From: Raillietiella orientalis | Lineage: Eukaryota | DNA: 64,000 bases | Direction of reading: 5' to 3' | NCBI GenBank assembly: GCA_036172245.1 | Contig: JAYWIR010000020.1 | Span: 620,001 to 684,000 of the forward strand | Shown: positions 1 through 10,940 of the stretch, in pieces | Layout: every line of letters starts with the position of its first letter | How positions within the stretch are numbered: position 1 is the first letter of the stretch | Notes under the pieces: model-generated | What the model was told of the DNA's origin: nothing | Databases searched by the model: none | What the model saw: only the letters and a program-made list of their open reading frames with translations | Program-made: the position numbers and the translations under genes

Positions 1-2330
1 CATGGAATTTTTCCATGTTGTGGATATGTTACCGTTATGCGTATATCTCTCACTTGGTCATGGCCATACTGTTCGTGGTAGAACCTTGCAAAATTGTCTC
101 AGTTGTCTCTAGAGAATCATGAGAATCAACGCTCCCATGATTGCACGACGTGTACCTGTTGGCACTGGATCCTAGAAACGCTTGCATCACAGTGTCCGAT
201 ATGGGCAATGCGTTCTGCTGCATGAAGAAAGAACATCGCTTGCCCCTGGATTTGAAAAGCCAGGGTCGGTTGGACACTTTTCTTGAGCACAATAGGAAAA
301 CGCGTAATCTAACCTCACCAAACGCTGCAGTTTGTTTCTTGCGTGTCCATTCTCTCTCCAGTCCGCTGTTTTCTTATAGATAGCCGATGAAACACGGTTG
401 GCTACGTTTTGCACTACGTAGTAAAAGAAGATCTTTAAGAACTCAAGAATGATCTTTCTCTCTTTTCCGTCTAGCTTCCTGTGGAACTTCTTGCAGAGTA
501 CTGTGAAGCGTGTGGTAACTCAGCACCTGAGACTTTTTCTCGCCTGGAAAAGTTCCATGAATTATTTGCAGGAAGCTCCTAGTGCAGTAGCAAGCATTTG
601 AGCTTAGCTCATCTTGCAATTTTCGATGAGTTGGTTCACAGATACATCGACGACATGCAGAATGTGGCATGTATGTTAAGCCCATTCGGTCATGTAATAC
701 CAGTAGGTATTTCATGACGAAATGATGCCTTTGAACTTCTCCATTCCAAATACCTTCAACGCATGCCAGTCTGCTGTCGATTGTGAAACAACTCTTTAGC
801 TTTTGTTGAACCTATTGTTGATAGGGAATGCAGACCTCAGGTTCGTTGGTACATTGGCTCATTTCCCTTTCCATGCAATATCATGCAATTCCGTATACTT
901 TTTTGCGTTCTTTTAATCTCTTTGCCTTTTGGCTAACTCGTGGATCCCCGCACTGAAAATGTCGGGAGCTCACAAAGCGAGCCAATCAACGATACACTGA
1001 ACATCCTACCAGATCGCATCCCATTGAAAATAAAAGGAGCTTGTTTTGAATTTCGGGATTCATCAGAATGGACCAGCAATGACTGGAGTGCCAATACAAA
1101 ACCCAAAAAGTCCTCAGAAAGAGATCCAGATCGGAATTCTTATTGCTGATCACCGTTACCATCGTGATATGTTCGTTATCGCTACCGGTTATTCAAGGCA
1201 GAATACGACGGTAAGGTGAAAGAAGTCGTTTTCCGAAAAGTCGGCGCTGGAACCGACGATACCTTTCTCCACTGCAGAGATTGGGAGATGAAAGATTCTC
1301 TTTCATGTTTCATTCTCTGCCGGTTTCAATGACTGAAGATGAGACTCCGCTCTTGTTTAAGCGAACCCACGCTGTTGCCTCTGTATATGTACATGATTTC
1401 CCTCTTGTGTACTAAAGCCAGATTTCCAAGCGATGGTCAGACTTGGCATCGTTTCGAACCTCTATCCTTTACAAATTTGAATTGCACATCTTCTGCAAAC
1501 GCAATGTATACGTAGTGGTGAATGGAAGCTATCGTTCGTTGTCCATTTTTGCTGAAATCTTGAAGAAACCTACCAAATGTGTCTTCTGAATTTGCGTTTA
1601 ATGCGCTTTTTGTACAACTTCAGGTGGATTTTCGGAGACAATCTCACCTCCGGGCTACGAATGGGAACACCTTCATGATTCTCCGCAAAAGCAGTTGAGG
1701 TCAGCTGGTACCGTCAATGAGCAGTGGACACTGAAGTCCCCCTGTTGATGAAGAGAAGACCATACAGGAAAAAGGGAAAAGAGCTGTCCGTTTCCCAAAT
1801 AAAAGATGGTCATTTTCATTGCGTCATTCGCATCTTAATATGCAAACACAACACTTCCATCTTGATGTTTTGCTCACATCAAACAACGGTGCTCGCTTCG
1901 CTCATTCTAAGGTCTCGTCTTCCCAGAGCACATAGGAGACCGCAGCTCCTGACAAATCATGGAGAGTAGACAATGCTTTATTCAAAGAAAGATTGCAATT
2001 TCTCAGATGATTCGCTGCAGAGATGATCTGAGAAAAAGCACCGTTTGCACTGAAAAGAGTAATTTTGAGAAACTGCTCGAATGCTGGGGGGGAACTGGGG
2101 ATGGAACGGTTAGTTCAATCAAGAGTCGAGCCTCGAATTTCGCAAGCCCTCAGTTTCTCAATGCATGTGCGTGAAGCACAGGCTTCCACCCAGTCGATTG
2201 TGCTTTTCAGCTCGGGCACATCTTCAAGGGATCCTACAATCCTGGAATCGGTGGATGCGTAGAAACGGTTTGAAAATCGAAGGAAGAGAAAAACATTTTT
2301 GTTGAAATTTGCCTTCCGGAGTTCCAGTCT
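1..2330 (-). mobile_element. Decayed Ty3/gypsy-like LTR retrotransposon pol relic (RT, connection/RNase H, possible second RNase H, integrase N-terminus); runs off the window start
   Basis: Minus-strand translation across frameshifts and stops gives motifs in gypsy order. These are DFQTVSTHPPIPGL (cf. DYR.LN...YPIP.I), KSTIDWVEAC (cf. FS.IDL..AY), SSPPAFEQFLK (cf. ..P..FQR.M), LRNCNLSLNK (cf. L...L.LN..K), FGRFLQDFSK at ~1575-1550 (cf. YRRFI.DFSK), GSLKQERSLIFS, TIDSRL at ~785-770 and an H...H-containing segment at ~150-1. No intact ORF. Confidence 0.5.
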
Positions 2331-2453
2331 GGCGTCCATCGGGTCGGTTGACCCGGCGGACTCCGTCTTCGCTCACCGCCAAAGTCCAGTCCCAGGTGTG
2401 GATAGCAGAGGCAGTGATGATGAGAGATTTTCATTCTACTTTCATTCACTTGC

Positions 2454-2468
2454 TGTGTGTGTGTGTGT
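2454..2468. repeat. Short (TG)n microsatellite followed by a T-rich tract
   Basis: tgtgtgtgtgtgtgt read directly, followed by ttttttcttttttt. Confidence 0.8.
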
Positions 2469-2949
2469 TTTTTTCTTTTTTTCGCTATCGTTCTCGCTTC
2501 CATTCCTCACCATTGATAGGCCACGAAGGCTTACCGAAGTTTTCTGGAGTGGTCCCTTTCTTATCGATGAATGCGCAAATGCTACCCTTTGTTCATCTCT
2601 TCTACAAAGCTTCAAAGAGCACCGAATTGCATTCTCTTTTTATGGTAGGATAGATACCGGCAATCTTCGGAGAAAAGGGACAGGCAGCTTCCATCCCCCA
2701 GTGTCCACTTTTCTCATCACTAACCCCCGGAGCCAAACTACAGAAGCACCTTAAGCGGCTGCATATATGTGTCTCCTTTGTGGAGGTACTTGGAAAGGGA
2801 CTTTGCTTCGTGGAGGGCGACAGCACGAGTGTCTCTGGTGCCAGATCACCCGAATCAATGTCCTGATCGTTGGACCTAAGCTGAAATTTTGCGGGCGTTG
2901 CCTATGTAGGATGGATGGAGAGCTCATCTTTATTGTAACCTACTATTCA

Positions 2950-4250
2950 GTGCATGCCCTCAGAATCAATTCTCATTGGACAACAACTGCAATTCCGGAG
3001 GAATACTGATCTGGAAATCAGGATCTCTCCATTCCTGAACCATTGCATGAGGCTGATGGTGAGCTGGAGTCTCTCCCAGGAGCTGTTTCTTCTTGAATCT
3101 ACTTTTGCGCGCAATTCACAAACTGATCCACAACTTGAGGTGAAGGCAAAAGTGCTCGGGTTGGATCAAGGTGAATGCAGTACCAATATGGGTATGCTCC
3201 TTAGTACGGGTTTGCATGTGCACACCTCATTCATGTTCATTTTGGTCGTCTTGGTACACACAACAAAATTTCAGATTTCTCTTCTCTCCGAAAAAGAGAA
3301 GACGTTCATCGTGATAGCGTTCCCCTTGCTTTTCGTTCTTGCACCTGAATTGGATCCTCTCCTGAAATCGAAGGACAGGTTCCAGAGCGAGAAATGGAAC
3401 TGCACAAACTGAAGTGTTCAGTCCTGACGTCTCGGAAAGGGGGCGCACACTGTCATCAAGAATTTGATGCTTGCCGCAGAGATAGCATAAGCGTGCTGAC
3501 ATTGAATCACAGGAAGGCGAATAATCAGTAGAGAAAAAGTTACCGTTACCAAGAGAAGCGGACAGAGATTTGCTCTGAGTTGCAAATGAAGAAGCAGCCA
3601 CAAGTAAAATTCATATGAAATGGAATTTTTGTGGAGATTCCAGCTACATTCATCCTTCAAATGAGGAGACGAGCTAAAATTTTCCACCGTCCCTTCGCAG
3701 CCTATAGACAGTAGCCATTTCCCTGGGTTCCTTCGTATCTCCACAGAAGTGTCCACGAAATGAAGCGACCCATCAGTTGCATCCTTGGCAAGTATTGTCT
3801 TTTCAAGACGGTACGTACCTAAGGAGCTCTGAAAGTCCTTGCTCTGGGACATTCTCTTGAGAACACCCAATCTGGTCCGAATGCCTGAACCTTGCAAAGG
3901 CATTTTCGCAAATCGCAGACTCCAAACTGTCTACTCGGCAGGAACTTCCTGAATGTTCTCTCAGAGGAATAGAGAAGGAGGCTGAAAGGAAAGTTTCTTG
4001 ACATGGAATGTATGTAATGAAGGTCCCTATTCATGTTAGGCATGAAGGATCTTGTTCTCATCATACGTGCTGAATTCCTGCCAGCAGCCTGAAGTAATTT
4101 CGAAACCTTCTGAATTCCTCACAACTGGAATCATCTTCTCTTTCCCGTTCGATTCATCAGGAATCCGTTGCAGTGTGTCTGTTTTCGTTCTCTTAAACTC
4201 ACACGGGTCGGAAAACACTTGAAGAAGCAGTGAACCAAGGAGCTCTGCCA
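2950..4250 (-). mobile_element. Probable decayed Penelope-like element (RT C-terminus plus GIY-YIG endonuclease remnant)
   Basis: Minus-strand peptides TDGSLHFVDTSVEIRRNPG (cf. PLE E.DG.LPFLD..V.R..G), SLGNGNF (cf. L..NGYP) and CCVYQ...MQTRTKEH (cf. GIY-YIG VY...L..R.KEH) occur in the expected order. Very degenerate; boundaries approximate. Confidence 0.4.
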
Positions 4251-4929
4251 GCTAGACACTAATCCCGTCGTGTTTCTTGTTACATGAAAATAGTGGAATG
4301 CAAAGTTTGTAACCGTTTCTCAGTAGGAATAGTTGTAAATGCAAAAAGACACGTCAGAAAAATGCTTCCATTCGTGTGCATTGATGCATATTACTAGCAA
4401 AAGGTGATCGAAGTTCACTAGTTTTCCATCAGCTCGTAACGAAAGAAAATTTCACAACTTGAAGTTTTCGTTCGAAGCTGTTGCTGTAGGGCAGGAACAA
4501 AAGTTCGGAAACAGGCGGCCGCGTGTGATTTCACAACAGGTGTGAGAAATCGTAATCTTCATTGAATAGCATTCAAAAACATCATGAATTCCATGATCTT
4601 CGTGAAGTATTCATCCGCCTTCTCGTGCCGACTGATTTCATTAAGGCTCGCAGAAGTGCGAAAGAGCTTTTCCCTCGATGATCCTCCATACTTCAGCTTT
4701 GGCAGAATCTGTTCCTAGCAGCCAGTGCTCCGTAAATTGACAGAACCCGAAAAAATTCGTGCCCTTTCGAAAAAATTCTGAGCCAGGCCAGGACTTGCAT
4801 TTCGTAAAGCCCCGTCGGCTGGTCTGCAAATTGAAAACACGCAAATTCAAAGCGAAAAGGAAGAATTGATGTTACAAGCTTCACCCTAGCTGGAGAGGAG
4901 TCGCATGCTGCAAAGTGTTTGGAAGCTGT

Positions 4930-6710
4930 CTGTCTTCCCCAGGAAGAGCTCGAAATTTGGTTCAATGCGTCCGTGTTTTAAAAGGGGATACGAACAAAGT
5001 GCGAGCTCTCTGTCGTACCCTCCGCTTGTCTCTTCTCTTCCTTAGGAGTTTTGCGGGATTTCGAAAGTCGAAGGCAAGATGAAATTGTGTACACAGCAAC
5101 GAGAAGCTTTTGCGTGCAAAACCGGAATACATGCGAATGTCCATCATCCAGTAGAGCAAGTAGCAATACCGGTCGAAACAATCTCTTCCCGTTCCAGCGA
5201 GCCCTGTTTTACCTGCAGGAACGGATCGTGGTGTGAAACACGTTCCTGGCCCCCCTCCTCCGCTCCCTGCTTTTTGTTTGTCCCCCAAACCGGAAGATAA
5301 AGAACCACTTCTTTCTTCTCGAAGGAATTCTTCGCCTCGAAGGACCTCCTAAGGATCAGCCTTTGAGGCAAAGGAAGGTCCCGAAACCTCTTGAAGGGCT
5401 TGTGCGCTCCGCGTCGGAACGACGGCCTCGGCCTCCTGACGCTGGAATGGCTGGAGCTTCAGCTCCAGTTCAGGATTCTTGCCTTTGCGGCGAAGTTATG
5501 GAGCACCAACTGGTGCGTCCCTGCACTCCTCCTCGTCGAGGAAGCCACCGGCAACGGGAGACTTGCTTCCTTCCTTGCACTCCGTCGCCGCCACATCTGC
5601 CACTATGGATTGCAACTTCGGCGGGCGGACAATGTAATGTGGAAGAACACGGGATGGGTATCCTGCCCCGCGAAGCGCCTGGCTACAGGAAACCGTTCAC
5701 ACGTGGGCGAGGAGCCAGGAGAAACACACGGAACAAGTGCGCCGGTTCCTGTTCGTGAGCAGCACCCGTTGCACGCTCTGAGCGATCCTGGGAGATCCCA
5801 GAAAAAGCGCGTGGGCAGGAAAAACTTCCCTCGCCGCAACGCTGTCTTCCCTCAGGGAACACCTGAGGAGCAGCATCACGGCGAAATGGGAAGTTAAGGT
5901 GACTATCTCCGGAAAAGGACTGGGAGAGTGGAAGACGGACCAGCTCACCGGCTCTGCTACCCCATGGACTCTTGCGCTGGGGCGAGCTACTGGATGTTCC
6001 GTTGGAACAGCTGAAGTGGCCCTTGGTGCTCATGGACATCCGCAACCTTCCCTTGAAGTGGCAGGAGTCAGCACTGTTGGTGCTGCACTGGGGTCTCCCG
6101 TGCAACGTCCGCCGTCATCACTGGATGCGTGTGTGTGTGGACCCCAACTGTGTCTGGTGAGAGGAATGTGAATCCCTCCCCCAGCTGTTAGTGGACTGTT
6201 GCCCTTCAGTCCCTCTGGGAACGCTTTGCCGCGGCCCTGGGAACCTCCGGGGGCAACTCTAAGGACGATTTTAAGCCTCTCTTCGTTCGCAACGCCCTTC
6301 GTCCAGCGGCCTCCCTGGTAGCTCTTTGCTGGGGCAGCCCTATGCGGGATCGCCGCTGCTTGGAGCAAAGCCATGGGAGGATCCAGCGATAGGGATGCCA
6401 TCCACTTTGCCGTCCAATTCATCAGGGTAGCAACACGATGGCTCCATCTGGAAAACAACATGCGGCAAGACCTTGGTGATATCCTAGAGAGGATGGACCG
6501 GACTCCCACCAGCAGACAGTGATCCCTTCGTACCCCCAAAGTGTATTCATTTTTTATTTTTTTTTGTCTCCTCCCCTCTGCTGCCGTGGTGGACCGCGCC
6601 GGGCTGAGAACCGGAGATCCGACAGGTCTCCATGAAATTGTGCGTGGTTGGACCACTGGCCCAACCACACTACCCGTAGTATGTTTGTTTTCAAAATAAA
6701 CGGCCCGGCG
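4930..6710 (+). mobile_element. Decayed L1/Tx1-clade non-LTR retrotransposon, 3' half (RT thumb, zf-RVT zinc-binding domain, 3' UTR)
   Basis: Plus-strand peptides in order: FKRGYEQS (cf. RGVRQG), QERIVV*NTFLAPLL (cf. GR..L.N..L.P.L), SL*GKGRSR..LCAPRRNDGLGL (cf. FLW.GK..R...L..PK..GGLGL) and LHWGLPCNVRRHHW..VDPNCVW*EECESLPQLLVDC..VPLW (zf-RVT pattern). AATAAA at 6695-6700. Confidence 0.65.
6597..6710 (+). other. Predicted multibranch RNA structure at the 3' end of the L1/Tx1 relic
   Basis: Closing stem CGCCGGGC (6597-6604)/GCCCGGCG (6703-6710). Arms: GGAGATC/GGTCTCC (6613-6631), GTGGTTGG/CCAACCAC (6644-6668), ACTA/TAGT (6669-6680) and GTTTGTTT/AAATAAAC (6683-6701). Confidence 0.45.
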
Positions 6711-9300
6711 GACCCGGGTGAAAATCGAAACAATCTCTTCCGAATAGAACAATGTGGGAAAATTAACTGAACTCATGAATGGGGACCATAAGAACCCGCA
6801 CGAGATTCAGGACACAAACTTTCCAACAGTTTTCTCTATCCGAGGACAATTTTTTTTGCGCCAGAGGGCGCAATGCGTCGGATCTCGCGAATCTTTCGTG
6901 AATTCACGAAAGAACCTCTTTGAAACCCTGGGACTTTGAACATAGATCCAATGCTGGCGGAAACACTAGACTCTCTTCCCATCACTGGGTGGAAACAAGA
7001 AAAAGAACTTCTTGTGTATCCTTCGAGGCTTTTGTTCCTTCATGTGGGAAAATGATTTCTTCTGGAGTCGTTGGAAATTCGCAGTAATTGTGAAAAGGAA
7101 GAGTGACAGGAAAACAGTGCGTGGTCGTGCTATACGAACACGACGAATGATGTAGGAAGAGGACAAAAGGATTCGAAGACACGAAAGAACAAACTGGATG
7201 AACTCCATCTTAGAGAGCGAACTGGATCTCCTAATGGTGTATTCCGGAAGCCAAGCTTGCTCCTCTTTCGAGAAATAGACCTCTTTCGCGTGTGTTCCTT
7301 TCGCTTGGCTGGATTCCATGTAAATGCAAGATGGAAGTCCCAGAGTTGCCGCTTGTAGCCTGTGCACCCGTAGCCATGGAAAGTGCATTGCAACGAATCC
7401 GCAATCCGTTCCTGCGTCCGGTGGTGCACAGTTTTGGCTCCGTGTGATGCGGCACGTGGCACCCCCACGCTGCTTTCGCGAGCTCCATGTGGCAAACGAG
7501 CGTGGGTTGATGGCCGACGCGAAACGGTGCGTACGCGTGCGCGCACGTGGTGGTTTCCAGGGTGACGCTTGGCTGGCCAAGGGTCACGAGCTTCGCGGTG
7601 CAAGCGAGCCGGTGGCGATGCAAAGGGGAAAAACGTTTTGAAATCGTGCTCGGGGTTATCTGTGCACGCGAGTGAATGAAGACCTTATGAATGGAGACGG
7701 GGTCAGTGTCATCAGCTAACAGCAGATCACTTCCCGTGATCGTCATTAATGGAATGATTTGCTGGATAGTCGAACAGCAGGATACTTCGAACGAAAAGCA
7801 ACCCTTTCGGCGTAATGTGTAGGGAAAACCCCACGATGCTTCCCTAAAGCTAACGACGAATTCAGCTGTTTTGGTGCTCTGCTGATCGTGCAGGTGCGTT
7901 GTGAATTTTCCAAAGAAATTCCACACGAATTGCAGGGATAAGATTTCGGAACTTGAATTCGGCTACTACACAAATCACTTTGCACTAGTCCCTTACTCTA
8001 GGAAGGTGTTTGGTTCTCTGTTTAACATGGGTTTAAATTGTCAGTTGTTATGTAGTGTAATTCTTTTGCAAGAAATCAGTGAAACCGCTTCTTAGAATGC
8101 GACTAGTAGCACGGTGTGGAAATGTTGATAGTAAAGAGAAGCAGGTTTCTTTACAAGTGTTTGTGAGTGAAGCATTTGAGCCGTATATTTGTTAATGGAA
8201 ACCGATTTGGGGCAGAGGAAGGCTTTGAGATTCGAGTTTGAACTTGTTAATTGGCCTACGTTTCCTTGTTTCAGATAAGGACGTTCGATTCATCGGAAAG
8301 AACGACAAACTAGTGATGATAATAACGTGGAGTACATTGACAACTTTCAGAGTTCCGAATTTCGTTTTTGGAAAGGAGCTGCATATTTTTTCGGATGTCG
8401 TTGGTTGTCCAATGCGGTTCCAGCCACTAAATTACTCTTGATTGGGTTGTGCTATGTTGGAAGATACACTTGACCTCATGTAAGAGAGGATTTGTAAGTA
8501 TTTGTTTGATGTTTGTTAGTAGAATGGTGAAGAATTTTTTCGATTTCAATGGCATTATGATAAATAAGGGACCATCCGTGCACTTTCATTTTGCAAAATA
8601 TAGAGAACACATACAAAGTGCTTGGATGTGTATTATATTTTGATGGATATTGTGCACTTTTGCCTCTATCATGTATATGTTTTTGTTTGCTTCTAAGTGC
8701 ACTGTGGTATTTTTCTAGGGACTTTTTTCCATTTGTGCAACAAATGGCATTCCCTACCATTTCATTTTGCATGCAGCTCAGTTTACCAAATTCTCCTTGT
8801 AATGACACTGCACAAAAGATGTCACCCTGCTTAGTGCACTAGTATTCTGTGTCTGTCATGGATGAAATCTCCTGAATTTATTTTGTTTGCAAGAATGCTT
8901 CAACTCAAAAGCAGCAGATGTGATTTACATTGTTATTGTTCCGAACATGTTGTAATCTACCATGGCAGCTTACAATGTATGTAGTTTAGGTCTGTGGTGA
9001 TTTGTTATTACAGATGTAAGCAGGTATTTTATGATTTTCAATAGTTCTTCTGGTTTTCTCTGTGCTTTGTAATAAGCATTCTTATGCCTGTGATGAGATG
9101 CATAGTGCTTGTGAGAAAAAAAATTCCCTCTAAAACTTCTTTCAAAGAACATTGCTTCCTGAACTGTAAGCAGCTTTCTTATGTACTGACATGGAGATTG
9201 AAAGTATAGGGGAGACCAGTGAATAACCCCAACAGGTTGTCCACTGTATATTGCTTATTTGTTTCTGATTTTTTTGACATTGATGTTGAATGCATCCCAG

Positions 9301-9437
9301 GTAAGTGTTTGCTTTATTTGAAGTTGTTATTGTAATGAATTTTATGGATGCTTTGTGTCTAGAAATCTACTTTGCTTGCATTTAAAAAGTTTTTCTCTGA
9401 GCGTTTTTTTTTTTTTTTTTTTTTTTTTTTCCATTAG
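9301..9437 (+). other. Probable 5'-UTR intron of the dsRBD gene, containing a T27 homopolymer
   Basis: CAG|GTAAGT donor at 9301; poly-T at 9404-9430 directly before the ccattag| acceptor at 9437; about 580 nt upstream of the ATG at 10020. Confidence 0.5.
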
Positions 9438-10019
9438 GCATCTTTCTGGAGTCATCCATAGGCGTACAACTTAGTTTGTAACCATTACATCAGCGCAAAG
9501 CTTGAAAGCAGCATATTTTGTTTTTATTAAGCTGCTCTTGCATGTACTGTTCTAGGGAATTTGTGTGGGGAATGCAAATATGTAGTTGGTTCAAGCAAAG
9601 AAAAAAGCATTTTGAAATGATGAGTTGTTTTGTGATCATCTGTATTTGTGGTTCGGCAAACATAGTTGCTTGCAAAGATATCTTCATCAGTTTTTTGCAC
9701 ATTCATTGTCAACTGTCAAACTTTAATGCAGTTAAGGTACAGTCAGAGAACTTTGCTGAAGGTGGTAGAGGAGCACTCATTCCTGTGTAACCACCATGCA
9801 TGCCTGAAGAACAAATGGGTGTAATTGTTGAAATGGGTGACCATTTCAATTCAAGAAATAGTTGAATACTGATTGTCTTATGTATTGTCTTATATGTTTT
9901 AGGTATGTGCTTTCTTTTGATAAACAAGCTGAATTGATGCCTTACATCCAGTGCCTTGAACATCACTTGCTCCATTCTGATGAAATAAAATGCATAGATA
10001 GCATTTTCTCTTTGTTGAT

Positions 10020-10940
10020 ATGACAAAGACGCCTGTTTCATTGTTACAGGAAATATGCATTAAAAAGTGTCTGACTCCCTGTTATGAATTAGTGCAAATA
10101 GAAGGCATGGTGCATGAACCAACCTTTCGGTACCGTGTGCATCTATCAGACTGGGCTTCAGGTTATGGGTTTGGTCAGAGTAAAAAAAAGGCAAAGCAAG
10201 AAGCTGCTCGCTCTCTGTTGCATAGCCTAGTCCAGCAAGGAGTCATTACGCTTCCCATCGATGTGTTAAATTTCAGCAGTGGGGATGTGCACACTAGCGG
10301 AACTTCTTGTATCCGAGGAAATCCCATTGGTGCTTTGCAAGAAATGTGTGTTTCTCGACGTCTTTCACCTCCTGTGTATCAGTTAGAAAAAGAAGCTGGA
10401 CTACCACATGAGAAGCTATTCGTTACTATTTGTCATGTGAATCAGTATAAGGAGCAGGGTGTGGGCAAATCTAAGAAGATAGCAAAAAGGCAGGCAGCAT
10501 CGATGATGCTTGAGTTACTCGAAAACCTTCCTCCTCCTCAGTCGAATTCCTGCAATTGTTCTGGAGATGAAGATGATGATCCGAATGCAAGGACGTGTTG
10601 CCAGAGGGAAGTACAAGCCAATAAAATGGAAACTTTGCATTTGCAATTCCATCAGTACCGAGGTGCATTGATGGACCAGCTTCAGAAAAACTCTCTCGAT
10701 GATCCGGATACAAATTTTATCGGTCTTTTGGAAGACATCTCGAGAGAACAACTACTTAATCTCATACATCACGAAATTGAAGAAATGAGCTCACGTGGCA
10801 CCTGGCAACATGTTTTGCAAGTTACAACGAATCCTCAAACAAGTTTCTTTGGGTCAGGAAGCACTCGAGCGGAAGCCAAGGTGGCTGCGGTTAAAATGGC
10901 GTTGCTATTTTTTCGTCAAGTGACGGCTTCAGCACCTTAA
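10020..10940 (+). CDS. TARBP2: Three-dsRBD RISC-loading/Dicer cofactor, TRBP/PACT/Loquacious family (306 aa, single coding exon)
   Basis: dsRBD1 KTPVSLLQE...YELVQIEGMVHEPTF...GQSKKKAKQEAA; dsRBD2 NPIGALQE...GLPHEKLF...GKSKKIAKRQAA; type-B dsRBD3 NFIGLLEDI...GSGSTRAEAKVAAVKMAL. In-frame stop upstream at 9999. Exact orthology (loqs vs paralogue) is not resolved. Confidence 0.92.
   Translation: MTKTPVSLLQEICIKKCLTPCYELVQIEGMVHEPTFRYRVHLSDWASGYGFGQSKKKAKQEAARSLLHSLVQQGVITLPIDVLNFSSGDVHTSGTSCIRGNPIGALQEMCVSRRLSPPVYQLEKEAGLPHEKLFVTICHVNQYKEQGVGKSKKIAKRQAASMMLELLENLPPPQSNSCNCSGDEDDDPNARTCCQREVQANKMETLHLQFHQYRGALMDQLQKNSLDDPDTNFIGLLEDISREQLLNLIHHEIEEMSSRGTWQHVLQVTTNPQTSFFGSGSTRAEAKVAAVKMALLFFRQVTASAP

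Noticed and set aside
924..936. GCCTTTTGGCTAA, matching part of the U2 snRNA 5' stem
   Set aside because: 13-nt match only; flanks do not continue U2 and there is no Sm site
1018..1075. Hammerhead-like CTGATGA...GAAA...UC with a possible 6-bp stem I on the minus strand
   Set aside because: Stem II (atccc) cannot pair and stem III fails after the first pair; it also lies inside the gypsy pol relic
4120..4170. CTGATGA-N9-GAAA on the minus strand in the Penelope-like relic (PLEs often carry hammerheads)
   Set aside because: No closing pair for stem II and no stem III or UH site in register
5857..5905. CTGAGGA-gc...gc-GAAA hammerhead-like core on the plus strand
   Set aside because: Only 2 bp of stem II, no stem III and no UH cleavage triplet; lies within L1/Tx1 coding remnant
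6030..7926. Long overlapping ORFs of 157-248 aa on the minus strand
   Set aside because: Arg/Ser/Pro-rich with no recognisable domain; expected in GC-rich DNA and partly antisense to the L1/Tx1 relic
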